Below, in pieces: positions 11,803 to 25,300 of a stretch of DNA of 64,000 nt; within the stretch, counting starts at the first letter, position 1; every line of letters begins with the position of its first letter. The DNA lies in the NCBI GenBank assembly GCA_977030845.1, contig OZ365112.1:17608001-17672000 (forward strand), in the 5' to 3' direction. This DNA is from Fimbriosthenelais zetlandica (lineage: Eukaryota). The notes under the pieces were generated by a model, which saw only the letters and a program-made list of their open reading frames with translations, had not been told where the DNA came from and did no database searches. Both the position numbers and the translations under genes were made by a program.

Positions 11803-14049
11803 ATGCTCTATTGGAAAACGTGTAAGACACATCCACCTCAAATGGCTCACGAAAACAGCTTCAAAATCCTGAAGGCTAGCCCTATGAAGTGCCGCGATTT
11901 CTTTGCATCCTTATTCAGCTCAGACGGTTCCCTAAACCAGAGACAATTCCAACATATCAAGGACTTTCTCGGCTCACTTCAACTACATGAGTTAGCAGAA
12001 CTTAAGGACTTGGACCACTATAACCTTTTTGATAAGGCCGTGCTTCACCAATCTGGGGAGCTCCTGGCATTCCTACTAACACTCATTTCTCCAAAGCTAA
12101 GCCAGGAGTTCGTGGCTATCTATCTGACTGGCCCATTCCACACTGCCTGTTTTCTAGGATGTCAGGAAATAGTAGATTTAATGTTAGAAAGGTATCCACT
12201 GTTATGTAAGAAAAAGTCGATGGTAAATTTGAGGCCAGAGATAGGTTCATCCCATCCCGAGAGAGAAACAACATTACCTAATCTATCACCAAAGCACCCC
12301 ACAGTCAAATGGATACAGACAAATCAGAACAATCTAGCTATTGAATTTGCTGCGAGCAATGATCAAGTTAACATCTTTAGGTGTCTATGGGAGTATAGCT
12401 CTGAAGTGGAGAATGGAGAAAACTGTTCTCTCGAGAATCTCTTTAAAATAGCTTGTGCCTGTAATGCAGCTAGATGCATCGATTACATTGCACCACAATT
12501 ACTCAAGGAAACTCAAGACAACACTGATGTCAATAGACGAGGCCTTATAGTAAAGGGCCTTACAATTGGTGGCCCATTTGTTGATACTTTAAAAGCCACT
12601 GAAGGTTTTTCACATGGAGCATTGAATGATTTAGATGGGAATCAGACCCTCAATGCATTACATGTGTTTTATTTTAATCTCAGAATTAAAGACCAGAACA
12701 TCTCCAGATACCAGGACTTGCACAGGACTACAGCCATTCTCATAGACATGGGTGTGGATGTCAATCAAGAGACATGTGAATACAGGAGGACAGGGGAAAC
12801 GGCATTAGAGATACTGCTTAGTCAACTCAACGCAATTATACCCACAGCAAACAACACATCTCAGGATGAATGTGGGCATATCTTTTCCCAGAATGATTTT
12901 GACGATGATCTTTTCAACACCATTGTTCTTATTGTCGAGTCTGGTTATGACATTAACAAATTTGCGTTTCAGGCTTTGCACAGACTTTTTGAAAACAGAA
13001 ATCACTTTTTCAGGTTTGCATACAGAAACACAAATAAAAATGTTTCCGGAAAATCATGGGGACTAAAAAATATAGAGAGAATTGCATCATTTCTCTTGTC
13101 CCATATTCCCCATTTGGGATTCAGTGAGAACCAGATGACTCCTCTCCTTTCTCTCCTTGATGGTTTCTGGATGCCAGTGACACCATTTGAAATATTGAGT
13201 CAAGCGGACTGTCATTCTATCATTTTACAGTGTATCACATCATTAGTGGAACATGGCTTGGATCCTAACACCTACCCAGTTCCCATAACTGGGAATTCCC
13301 GATACACCTCCCCCTTGATTCATTTCCTGGACCTCTTTGCCCTCCAATGGAAAGATGGCGATTATCAGAAACTTAGTGAGAGTTCTCTTGAAGCATTCTG
13401 TAATATTATTTCGCTTCTATTAGGACATGGATCTAGATTTGAATGCCAGATTACTGTTAATGGGGTTTCAGTTGGACATGGTGTCTTTGATGGCATCTAC
13501 CTGGCAGCCTTGCAGTTTGAAAGTAAACCTTTGTTGTATGCAGAGAAGACTGTTGCCATGATAGTAAAGGTAGCAGGTCTTCTCTTGGAGATGGGTGCTC
13601 CCCATAAACTCGGCGATTATGTTATTCTAATGGGAACACAAGGATCCGTGGTGAATACAACTACTCTACAAGTCAGCCTCTTGTATAACTGGATCTCTGT
13701 AGGTATGAAATTAAAGGAGATGACTGAAAATTCCGAAGTCATTTATGGTTATATTCGACTGCTGGACATGCTCCTGAATGTTTCAGATCATGAGATGTAC
13801 TACATGGTTCTCACTGAAGGATTGAAGGATATTTGTGGCAATCTGCAACAGTCACTACCAAAGGATGGTCGTCAGCTAGATAACAATAGCTTTATAAATG
13901 ACCTATATCAGAAAGGAAATACTGTTCGAAGGCTAACAAATCTTTGTAGATTAGTAATACGAAGTAGACTCAATGAACGAGAAGCAGCTGAAAAGTTATC
14001 ACTGCCAGTTCCACTGAAGGTCTTTGTCATGGATTTAGCTATTAATTGA
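11803..14049 (+). CDS. Intronless ankyrin-repeat + C-terminal SOCS-box protein (ASB-like), 748 aa
   Basis: Ankyrin-like units GPFHTACFLGCQEIVDLML, AIEFAASNDQVNIFRCL, LIDMGVDVN, GETALEILL and LVEHGLDPN. The C-terminal VRRLTNLCRLVIRSRL...LSLPVPLKVFV is a BC-box/Cul-box SOCS pattern. Confidence 0.75.
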   Translation: MLYWKTCKTHPPQMAHENSFKILKASPMKCRDFFASLFSSDGSLNQRQFQHIKDFLGSLQLHELAELKDLDHYNLFDKAVLHQSGELLAFLLTLISPKLSQEFVAIYLTGPFHTACFLGCQEIVDLMLERYPLLCKKKSMVNLRPEIGSSHPERETTLPNLSPKHPTVKWIQTNQNNLAIEFAASNDQVNIFRCLWEYSSEVENGENCSLENLFKIACACNAARCIDYIAPQLLKETQDNTDVNRRGLIVKGLTIGGPFVDTLKATEGFSHGALNDLDGNQTLNALHVFYFNLRIKDQNISRYQDLHRTTAILIDMGVDVNQETCEYRRTGETALEILLSQLNAIIPTANNTSQDECGHIFSQNDFDDDLFNTIVLIVESGYDINKFAFQALHRLFENRNHFFRFAYRNTNKNVSGKSWGLKNIERIASFLLSHIPHLGFSENQMTPLLSLLDGFWMPVTPFEILSQADCHSIILQCITSLVEHGLDPNTYPVPITGNSRYTSPLIHFLDLFALQWKDGDYQKLSESSLEAFCNIISLLLGHGSRFECQITVNGVSVGHGVFDGIYLAALQFESKPLLYAEKTVAMIVKVAGLLLEMGAPHKLGDYVILMGTQGSVVNTTTLQVSLLYNWISVGMKLKEMTENSEVIYGYIRLLDMLLNVSDHEMYYMVLTEGLKDICGNLQQSLPKDGRQLDNNSFINDLYQKGNTVRRLTNLCRLVIRSRLNEREAAEKLSLPVPLKVFVMDLAIN

Positions 14050-15830
14050 AGAACAATTCACAGTTACATCAGCGTCATAATTCAGCTCGTGTGTGTTTTT
14101 ATTTCCAGTATGTATATATAATTATGTACATTGTATCACATTTTCCTTTTCGGGTGTTCATCACGGTACAAGAGCAATTTTACCGGTCTCAATAATCCAA
14201 CTAAAGAAATTATTGAACTACCGCCTCTATCTGGTATTCCTCTATCAAAAGGCACTAGTCTTTTTTTCAAGCATGCATTGGTTTGATGCATATATCTCCA
14301 TGGTATATACTTGATTATGTACAAAATTGGATTTTGAACTATTGTTTCTCTTAATATCTATCAACCAATGTATCTATAAACTTCTAATGATAAGGAGAGG
14401 ATATAATGTATGCATACTTTTAATGACAGAAAGATCTACTGAAGCAAATTAAACTACAAGCATACATGTACCAGGAAATGTTGCCGATAATACTGGATTT
14501 CATTATATATGATAATAAAATTTTAGCATTTATCTTGCAAACCATTTAGAACCATGTTTCAGACAGTTTTGTATTGCTTGAATAGTTGAATAGTTCGAGT
14601 ACGCCGAACAGTTAGAAAAGATTACTCAAGATGGCGTCTTGAACTTCATAACGCCACTCGTGTACTGCACCATAAACCATCGTTTGACTTCTTGGAAATG
14701 AATTTATCTAAATGTTTCACATCAAAGATGTTTTTTATTACAATCACTGCTATAGTGTATGTTATGTCTACTGCAATGCAATTAATGTAACAGAGGTTCG
14801 TATAAATGACGAACTGGAAGTTTGAGCCAGCTTATTGGAACATTTAGGACTGATATATCTGGTTGTATACATGGATTTACTCATTGTAATTATCCCGATG
14901 ACAATTATCATTCATGCCAAGAACCATCAGTGTTATATAATCATCGCCAGCAATGCTTTCAACACTTGTAAAATCAAAAACCCTTGTCACAATACTTAAT
15001 ACAATGCAAAATAGATTCAATAATAATTCCCAGGTTACTAGCCAAGAGGATCCACAGAACATGGAAATTAAAATAACACGCAGCTTAAACAGGCTATTCA
15101 TTCATACCTTGAAACAGTATGCCTTGTGAACTTTTCATTGATAAAAATCTTGGGTATTCGTGGGCTCAACTGGGCATAATTCATGCAGTAGTTTAGGAAA
15201 ATATTCAGCACAGAATAAAGAAAGGCACATATATGAGCAAGGCATAAGTTTCAAGGTCATCTACTATCAACAAACCCCAATTATCACCAGAACTCTCAAG
15301 AATCGTTAAGAAGGCAATCTGGCTGTAATCACCTTAATTAGGCTGGGGTTGATAAGCTTTCATAAAATAATGTCTGTGCAACTTGATCTGCAATGAGGTT
15401 GGACCAATAGACATAACATATGAAGTATAATATGAAACTAAAATAGTAGGCCCTGATTCAGGGAGATAGAAACCACCATGCAAAGGCTAACAGAGACCGT
15501 TAACAGAATGATGACCTATTGACAGATTCTTCCGTTTCTTTGCCATTGAAATACTGTTGTTATTCTCGATGCAATGCTGATCCATTGGGGAAGTAGTTCT
15601 TTCAGATTTAGAAACAAATTGATTGAACTCTTAGCATTCCCAAATTCACAATATAAGTTAAACAAATCCAATTATGGAGGTCAGATGACAAACTATATAC
15701 TAGCTCACAGCAGTAAATAGGTCTGTGATACAAGGCGAGATCCTCAGTTCATTTTTAAACTGGCTTGTTTCTAGTTTAATAAGTGTTTGACTATATAATA
15801 TCTAGCATGATATGTCTGCTATTGTTGATG

Positions 15831-16274
15831 CTAAACCGCTGTAGGTGTTCTTGTCATTGAAGTCTGTGCTATGCCTCCATGTGCTTGTGTGTCGCGACAA
15901 TCACCAGTTGCTCTGCAGTAAACTGAAGCAGCATTACTGCCCCCGCTTGATGTCGATTCTCCAGGTGGGGGACTGCTGAATACACTGTCGTTCACTACAC
16001 TCGTACGTTTGTTGGCTCTGTACTTATGTCGTCCAGACCTTGAAATCGAAAGATTTCTGCTCTTCTTGCCTGATCGAAATGGTAAATCCAGCTGAGCTGC
16101 AGCAGCCCTAGCTTCAGCCTCATCATCATCAATGTTTGTAGGCCTATTACTGTTATCTACAGGGGGAGTTTTTTTGCTTGGTTTTTCCTCTATCTTCGAT
16201 ATGTGTGCAGCTTCCTTTTCACTCTTGTCCAATTTAGAACGACTAGCGGTTCCAAACCTTTTGAATATGGACAT
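15831..16274 (-). CDS. Small low-complexity protein, PRR15/PRR15L (ATAD4)-like; likely start MSIFKRF at 16274
   Basis: SRNLSISRSGRHKYRANKRTSV resembles the conserved PRR15-family core RRNLKISRSGRFKEKRKVR (recalled from memory). An acceptor ttttcatcttag lies just upstream. The rest is charged or Ser/Pro rich. Confidence 0.55.
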   Translation of the reverse strand: MSIFKRFGTASRSKLDKSEKEAAHISKIEEKPSKKTPPVDNSNRPTNIDDDEAEARAAAAQLDLPFRSGKKSRNLSISRSGRHKYRANKRTSVVNDSVFSSPPPGESTSSGGSNAASVYCRATGDCRDTQAHGGIAQTSMTRTPTAV

Positions 16275-19200
16275 TTTGGCTGTTGCAGTAATACTCCTTG
16301 ACCAGACTGATTTGATTCTAAGATGAAAACCTCTTTTGTTCATGCAAAGGGTCTTAACTTGCTATTTTATCGCTGAGGTCCCATATCACATTCAATGTTG
16401 TCCTGCTATTCTCCAATAAGTCCTTATCACATGTGTGGACGTTAATACCAGTTATTTCAGTCTAAGATGGCCTGTTCCTTGACGTGGGTACACCTGAGTT
16501 TTTGACAGCTGAAACTGCAATTAAAAAGAAGCAATGATGAATTGGGCATTGATAACATTTAATATAGGCCGTCTGGAACATAATGTATAATTTATGAGAT
16601 ACGGTTTCCCTTCTCTGAAACAATACCTTTTATCAGTCAACAGGAACATTGAAAGACAGTTATTTCAGTTCGGGAAGATAACCTTAGCTAAATTTAGATC
16701 CTATATTCCTGTTGAACACTTCCCTTATATAGTGGCGGTAGAATGACCTCTCTAGGTCTATTCACAAGATTACTGTACAATTTTGATTATTGCTTCAACA
16801 GTAGACATTAGATAGTGCAAGAGATAGTGAAACCATGAAAAAGAAGGGTCATATAGTGTTGTTTGAACATGTGCCAAACATTTTCGATATATATATATGG
16901 TAAGACAGGTTGCCGTGGTACCGTTACCCTTAACGGGACACTTACTCGAGACTGAAAACCGGTCCAGAAAGGTTTATATTGAAAGCTGAAAAAAAGCTGA
17001 AAAGAGAGTAATAACAAATAGATGTTGAGGGCCATGACACAATCTGATGGCTTAAAGCTAGGGGCTTTTGTTTACAAAGGAGACCATAGTTATTTTCAGA
17101 AATCCAGGTATATAAGGTAGGAAAATAATGGATATACTCCCAAAAGAGCATTTTAGCCAAAACAGCTTTTTTTGAAGAATTGAAACCTAAGGTTGAACAT
17201 CATTAAATATTCATATTTAATGTAATATTTGTGTCATTTACAACTGCAACTGATTGTTTACCAAAACTCTGAAATCCAACACTGTGCTAGATCCATAGTT
17301 TTACCATAATCTGCACTCTCTAACTCCTTCACCAAACGTTGGCCCAGCTTTAATAAAAAGAATCTTGAGTCATTGCCAAGTTTGAAATACATATGGAGAG
17401 GTGTACATGGACACAGGGTGGTGAAAATCGATTTGTGCATCCCAAGCACTTGTATAACCTAGTGTGTACGTGTATATTTATGCTAGATGCTTTGGTAGAG
17501 TCCAGCGGATCCTGTGCTCTTTGTCCTCCATAATCTCCTTTTCAATTAAATTTGTATGAAAACAAATTAAGATAGGCCTATTTATGCAAAAAAGGAAATA
17601 GTTAACATGGACCGAACAAATATTTAGGAAACAAGACATATGTGCACCAATATACCTGACCGAGGTACTGCTGTAATACTTCAAAAAAAGTTAAAAATTC
17701 AGAACCTATACGCCTATTACCCAAGTCACATCTGTGACGTATTTTTGTTTCTGTCAAAGCTACAGCATGTCAAGGTGTTAAAAGGTGACCATGTACATGT
17801 AGGCGGCGCTGCAACATAGCCAGCTGTTGATGACGGGAGAAAGCAGGTGCAGGGGTCAGGGACAATGTGGAGAGAGGTGTATAATGTGTGGATTATTGAT
17901 ATCTAATCACGAGATGTTATTTAGTAGTTAATGAACCATTGTTTTGTTGATGGTAGGATATCATTAACGAGCGGCAACGAGTGAGTGATATCAACATAAC
18001 GGGCAATACAAGAGTTTGTTAACCACGCTATATATAGTAACTTATATATAGTTTTTTCTGTCCAGCGTGCATTATCCTGAATACATGCACGGTGAAGTAC
18101 ATGCATGATAGTCTATGCTCTATAATGGATATCAGTCTCTTTTGAAATACTATACTTACAAATTCGCTATTTATAACTGCCATTAATACAGAAAATATAC
18201 ATCTTACAAGCATAAAGATCTCTTACAGCACTTTTCAGTCACTAATTTCCCATGAAGAGGGCCCATAACAGTGCATTTCTATGAATTGATACGTATTTTC
18301 ATGCACTAATTCCTTTCAATCAACTATTATTTCACTTCGAAAATAGCTATCATCATCCGAGAAAAAGACTAAAGATAGAGAGGATATTCACCTCGATTAA
18401 ATACCACTGAATCATCACTTAAATTATCACGAATCCATTACCTCGTATGAAGGCGCTCAGAACACGTTTAGAGTCATTCATGTGTTGTTAAAGTACTTAT
18501 AGTGGTTGTGTAGGTGGATACAAGTCCTTCAAATCGTGCCACTGTCTAATAAGGGTGCGTCCTCCCTTAATATGTATTCTCGAAATCGAATAGTGACAGG
18601 AAAGGAAAATACCTGTGTAGGACTAACTTTATGTACAAATTAGTTTTAAGAAAGGTGAACATGCTAACGTGACTTAAGAGGCATTATAATAGTCCATAAA
18701 GGTAACAATACGCTGTTGGTCTAGTGTAGTTGGGCAATTTGCTGTAAGTATACATCATATGTGTATCCTTGACAAATATCAGAACAATAAATATTCACCT
18801 GGGTTTGGCCAGCTGACTATATCTACCTGGTTGTGTGAACTCAATGTTAAATGTACACAGAGGTCATTATTTATGGCCAGGATTAACACTATAGTCTGAC
18901 CACTCACCAGTGTGGTTAGTTTATACTTTCCTACCACCAACCTTTTCAAACCAGTACATTTCAGATAGGTGTGGGGAATTCCATGCTCAAATGTTTAATT
19001 CTTTGAAGTGCCCACTAAATGTTTTGATCAGTAGCCTAATATTGTGGAATCTTCTGAATTATCCGCATAACATTTCCTTTGGCGTCAAAAGAAATAGATT
19101 AGTGTTCTTTCAACATCATTAACTTTGTCATAGGTACAAAACATCCATGTTTTTCTAGTAACAGCCAGCAACAGCCATTCATTTCCATGGTGACAGTCGC

Positions 19201-19376
19201 TCTACACATACCATCCCTAGATACCACACTAACATGTCCCCCGGTAAATATTCACTTACAAAGTCACTCTCTTCTGAAATATTAACCCGCAATATCTGCA
19301 GCCTCTAGTATGAAACCATTCCTGAATGGCTAGGACAATGGACTAGATTAGCATGAATGGCCAACCTGTGGCGTCT

Positions 19377-19390
19377 GTTTCCATGGCAAC
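19377..19390. promoter_or_regulatory. RFX X-box
   Basis: GTTTCCATGGCAAC matches the consensus GTTNCCATGGNAAC. Confidence 0.45.
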
Positions 19391-22300
19391 AAATAATTAG
19401 GATTCCACGGCACGTGGTCAGAGGAATAACATGGTAATAGATGAATCAACAGTTTGTCTATGTGGATGCCATAAATAAATAGATGGATGTCTTTATGATG
19501 ATATCAGAAATAAGGCATGAAATACATGTTCATCAATCTCCTCAATATGCAGCGGTTAAACCGGCTAAGAATGGAAATATGCTTTCGCTAAGTGTCAAGA
19601 ATATTACACACATTTTGAATTACATATTTCATTCCCATACAACATTGCAATGACTTTTGTGGGAAATAGTTTAATAGAGTGGAGTGTCTTGAACATGTAT
19701 TAAAATGCTCATGTAAAAATCAGGTAGAATCGTTAATATATTTCTAGGAAGCCCTGATTGCATGAGGAAACTCATTCTTATAATGTCTCACTTGACTAAA
19801 CTCTAACAAAAACATTCCCACAGTCCTTAGCAATTATTCATAATGCCATTTGTCTGCCATATATTATGCATGTATTATTCATAATAAGAAAGATGATAGC
19901 ACCAACCCAGTTCCCACGCTGGCGGTGCTTTCAGGGAGCATTATATTATAATCTTCAGCTGTATGAATATGCTTTCTGTTATATTCCCACCTACAGTTCC
20001 AATCAGAGGTGTACGTATATAAAATAATATAATATTATACGTTGTACTCTCAGTACAGAAAAAAACCCACCACAGATGGACTGATGATAGTGATTTATGC
20101 CATTCGGGCGACTGTTGTAATTGTAATGATCATTCATTAAGGAATAGCTCATTTTTATCTATAAATGGATCTGTTCATTAAGACCTACGTATCATTTATT
20201 TACCATGATTATTAGGCAGTTTGTTCATAAGTAGTATGGGTTGGACATTATCCATATAAGAGTATAAGAGTATAGAGATTATTATGATTTTGTTGTTAGT
20301 GCCATTGGTAGCGCCTGATAATCTCTATGAGTTATCAAGTATCGTTATTGATAAGCAAATATTACTTCCATAATTCTACATGGGCAAACAGATTACAACA
20401 GACTGGCTTAGTGATACAGGCATGAATGCCTTCATACTTTACAATTTCCATATATCACATAGGCTTAAATAAACCATATACCACATATAATAAGAATTGT
20501 TTAAAGGTGACAAAAATGATAGAGGTACCATGAACGGAGTAGATCTATAATATTATCCTAAAGTAACAAACATATCAATGACAATGTATTTCAAAATTGG
20601 TCACTTACAGAGTGGAATGACTGTGCTGGCTTTCCTCGTCAAGCTTTAATCCAGACTGGCATATGTCGTTTAGATATGCCCAACAGAGTGATTTGGTCAT
20701 ATACTGGAGGAGGAGGGAAGGGGAGGGGGTGTCTATATGGAAATATAGTAAACACTCCAGCACACACCTTCCTTACCTGGTCTAGGGAGCAGGTAGGCCT
20801 ATAGTTTGTGTGTAGCCAGCTCAGTGTGAGCACTGAGCTGTAAATTAGGCTAGAGCAGCCTTTGTGGAGGAGCAGACACACCGATAATAAGGCAGCAATA
20901 CTCAGTGGAGGCCTCAGTCACAATGAGCCTTGTCCAGGTATGGTGGGAAGGGTAGAGAAGGTTGGAGACCGGTAGTGTGCCTCTCTCCTCACACAGGACA
21001 GCTTACTATGTATTGGCTGGGGAGGTGGTTATAATCTATGGACAAAGGCCGTGATACTATGATCTGAAGGGAATATAAGCTTTCAGGAATAAATGAGATT
21101 ATATTATTTGAGCATTTATGAATGTGTTGCAGCCTCATAAGGACAGGCACAAACGTGTACATGTATATATTATATAATATTATGTTATATTATGAATATT
21201 ATCAAATATAGTTCACAAAATATTATTATTAGTGTATTACACTGCCAAGTGTTGAGAATATAAAATTGCATGCATTGGTAAACCTCCCCCTTGCCTTAAA
21301 TAATGGTCTAACGCAGTTTACCTCTCAACCTTGCACGGGGCTGCCTGCATGGTCATGATCGTCTGGCCATTGAATTATTCTCACAAATTCTTCTGCTTCT
21401 AAATCTTATCTTTCAATGCTACTGGTATATCATGTATTCTATCTTAAAGGGAAGCTAAATAACATCCAGCCTAGTTTTATGAGGGAATGCTCGTGTCAGA
21501 TAGTAATCCTATGTCAGATTATACTTCTACTTTTTGTGACTGGCAGTTTTTGCAGTCAAAGTTCACAGAGTAACACAAACATCCTGATTTCATGAAAGAA
21601 CAATGAATAGAGATCCGTGTGTCCTGCTGGTGCTCAGGTGGTTAAGTGGGGTTAGGGGAACTTTCGTCATCTCATATTATAGCTAATTATCTGAAATCTT
21701 GAGGAAGTCATGCGGTCTGACCCTCTAAATATAATGAGGAAAACAGAGTCGCATTTCCTTATAGATGACTCAATAAAACACATTATTTACATGTTTACTC
21801 ACTTCAGTTTAATAAATTACATAACTTGGCTCTGGTCACCAATACTGATCACCCCTTTCAATAAACAAATAAATAGGTACCACGCCAATTGAGGACACAC
21901 ACCTTTAGTTTGAGTTCTTTACCTTTTCACATCTTTTCATTGAATGGAACTCATTTCAAAAAGAGAAGAGTTGTAAAAGTACACCCAGACAACGTTAACT
22001 CTTAGCTACCATTCTCACCCATGCTTATATATGACCTTGTTCTATGCTACTCCATTGCATATTGGATGTCTGCTGCCTTCAAAATTAATGACAATTATCA
22101 TACGGAATATTATCATAGGGGACCAAATGATTGGAGATCATTAATTTTAAAAAAAAAACAAGTTTGATAAAATTGGTGCTACATGGGAGTACAATGTGTA
22201 CATATCAACCAGCAGAACTTTGGACAAACAACACTTCAGTAGCTCTCCCTGACTAGGGCCTTTAACCCATACACCTCTAACTTTATGCCCGCTTTGTATG

Positions 22301-25300
22301 GGGCCATCTTTAGCACTACCATAGTGGGGTGCCAGGTCCTGGATACAGAGAATAAAAGAACACTTTCACAGCCATCTCCCCGGGTAAAATGTGACATTAA
22401 AATTAATTCAGTCAGGGTAAACATTTAGGTAGGCCAATACGGTAAACTTTTGCAGGGAGACTGCCCTGAATACAGGGCTTGTGAAAATCAGTCATTGAAT
22501 CGCCCTTTGGTATCCATGAAAGTTCCACTTTCCTCTGATGCGTGGGCTCATCGTTTATAATTTGTTCTTGTCTAATGCAATTCAGTTTAATGCCATGAAG
22601 GCAATCCTCCCCTGGGAATGAATGTTTAGGTAGATGACGTGGTTGATTGCACATCTGTGTTAATTTTTAAAACATTGTCTATGTACACTGAGCCACAACC
22701 ATCAATGAAAGTAGGAGCCAGCTGCCAAATAGACACTTATATTATAAATACGGCAATGCTGGATGTTAAGTGCCTCAATACCATGCCTCTGATAAATGGA
22801 TCATTAATGATACTACTATATAATCCCATCAAGATTATGTCCTCAGGCTCTCAACTCTCTAACAAAAGAATTCTTAATGCAGAGGATCTTGGGGGTCTTT
22901 AAGATTATTTTTAACTTTGTATAAAACATTAATTATTGGATGACATTGGCAAGAGCCATGAATTGATCTGTATAGATAGAGGTACAAAAGAGTCAGAAAA
23001 ATGTTTTTCTTCAAGAAATCGTGACTTTTGTAGCTGGCAGATATTTCACTGATCCTATTGAGCAGAGTAATAATGTAGATCTTTACTCAGGTGAGGGTGA
23101 GAAATTCAAACTAGGCCAGGTCAAGGGTTAGACTCCTTGTGGAAGTTAACAACAAAGGACAAGTAGGTTGACCAGCGGGCACTGACATGGTCACAGAGTT
23201 GGAGACAATATATATATATGGGGTTTACACGTTTGGATAAAATCGTCAGGGCAGATGAGGGAGGAAAGTGCATGGAAAATATAGACGGGGTGTAGAGTGA
23301 GCAATTAATATGAACAGCTGTTTCATCCAGACCGTCCGACGCTTCACTCTGTCGATATTATCTTTGTTTAATATGTAGATAGATGGATTTTTGATACTAA
23401 AGGCTTTCAGAACTTTCAACAAACCATGGCCTATATATTGTTGATGCATTAGAATCAATTTAGTTCATATCGATTTCAGCTCGGTGGATGCATATTGCCA
23501 TTAAAATAATTCCCCTGAACCGCATTTAAATCCTAGATATTCCTCAAAGCTAGAGCTAGGGGGTTGTGAAACTTGTAAGAGGACTAATATTGAACCCTTG
23601 TATTCTACCACTGCACTTATTCTCTATTTTTCGGATTATCCTTCATCTCTGAATGATTGAGGCTCTATTAAAGCCTAAATTTGTTTTTAACCCTGTATAT
23701 GACATTCATGTCAAGTTCAAAGCGTCTATGGGCAAAGATATAGCCCAGGTTTTCATTGTGTCATATTCGAACTTTAAGAGATCTTCAAAGGGTCCCAGAC
23801 TAGCATCGATCAACAAGTAAAATCGATCACTTAAAGAGGAAGGTGTTCCACCAGAATTTACAGATAATTTCCGATAGCCCGTACATTGCTATAGCAACCG
23901 ATCAATATAAACGCTCAGTTTGAGGTCTAATAACGACATTCTCTCATAGATAACAACCTTCCAACCTCCTTTTTTATCTTGTATCCATCGGAACACTGTC
24001 TGGCGTCACTATGAATATTCCATAGACTATCTACTGAATTGTTGTCCTCAATACCTTTCAAATAGGCTTCATATTATTGCAATTTTATTTGACCAAATAC
24101 TTTTGAGATTCGGCAATGGGAGACATATCAATAAAAATATATCTAAGACAATAACCAACATAGGATTTTCCCATGGTCGGAGAAGACGGGTATCACGAAT
24201 ACCCGCATCACAGTCATTCCAAAACTAAATGCATGTGGGGTGCAATTTATACAGAACATTAATCTTTCTATCAATGAATTATTATTATACTTATATATAT
24301 ATGACTAGATATGAAGTTTTTTCTTTCGCTGTTTATGTTTTAGTGCCAAAAAAGTGATTGGGGAGCGTGAAAATAGGGCTGTCTGTCAGAATTGTCCTCT
24401 ACTGGCAAAAGTTTGTGGCAAGTTATCAAGACAAGGCAGACACAGGGTACAAGTTCAAAGATTCCAATCCAAACTATTTAGGGAGGTGGAAGACGCCTTC
24501 ATCAAGAGACAAAACCTTCTGTTAGTCTGCCAGGCGGCATGGGAATAGTTTGATACAAGTGGAGAAGGGACACACATGAACGTAAGACATTCATGATTGA
24601 TGGTCCAGCTCCTTACGTCTACTTTTCGATCTATAATGATCTGTAACTCAATGGCAAAATGTAGGCCTGTATGTAGGCCGAAATGTTTTTAGTAGAACTT
24701 TAAAGAAAAAAATGTGTGTAAGGAATAATAGGATATGTGTTGTATTATATTCCCCATATCAAAAGGAATGACTTGGATCCCCAGAAAAAGTGTATGTGTT
24801 GAACAGTTATAAACCATAAGTTTGAAAATGCCTTTTTAGCATCCCTCAACCTAAACCCGTCAACCACTGATCTCAGAAAACTTCGGAAAACTGGCAGATG
24901 ATCATGCCCCGAGCGTAAACTTTATTCCCGTCAAACAAGAACTGTCGTTCTCCATTTTTTCTTTGGGGACACGCCAATCCAATCCTATGACGTCCTATTA
25001 GTGTAGCCAAGAGCATTAATAATATCCTCTGGAGGTTAAAGTTGGCTAAAGTAGATTGACAAGGGAGCTTTTAGAATCATTACAGGCCTTGACTGTTTGA
25101 CAGTTTTTATCAAGTTCTGTATCTATGAAGTACAATACCTCAGGGGATGAGGGAGCTCTGATCCCCGAGGTTAATTACAAAGAAGAAGGTATAGGCCTAC
25201 GATATAGGCCAGGTGCGATAAAACTATGCAGGAAAGTATAAAGTATAAATTAGTATACAGTATAATACATGATGAGGACTAACTGATCTTAAATCCTACA

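Noticed and set aside
20817-20840. Perfect 10-bp hairpin CAGCTCAGTG-TGAG-CACTGAGCTG containing CAGTGT (possible iron-responsive element)
   Set aside because: The bases flanking CAGTGT do not form the IRE upper stem, and the likely transcript is on the opposite strand.
22236-22902. Cluster of short ORFs on both strands
   Set aside because: No recognisable motifs and no consistent splice chain.
24177-24190. TCGGAGAAGACG shared with ~37685
   Set aside because: Many 12-mer repeats are expected by chance in 64 kb.
25138-25170. GC-rich hairpin as a possible Helitron 3' end
   Set aside because: No CTRR terminus at the expected spacing on either strand.
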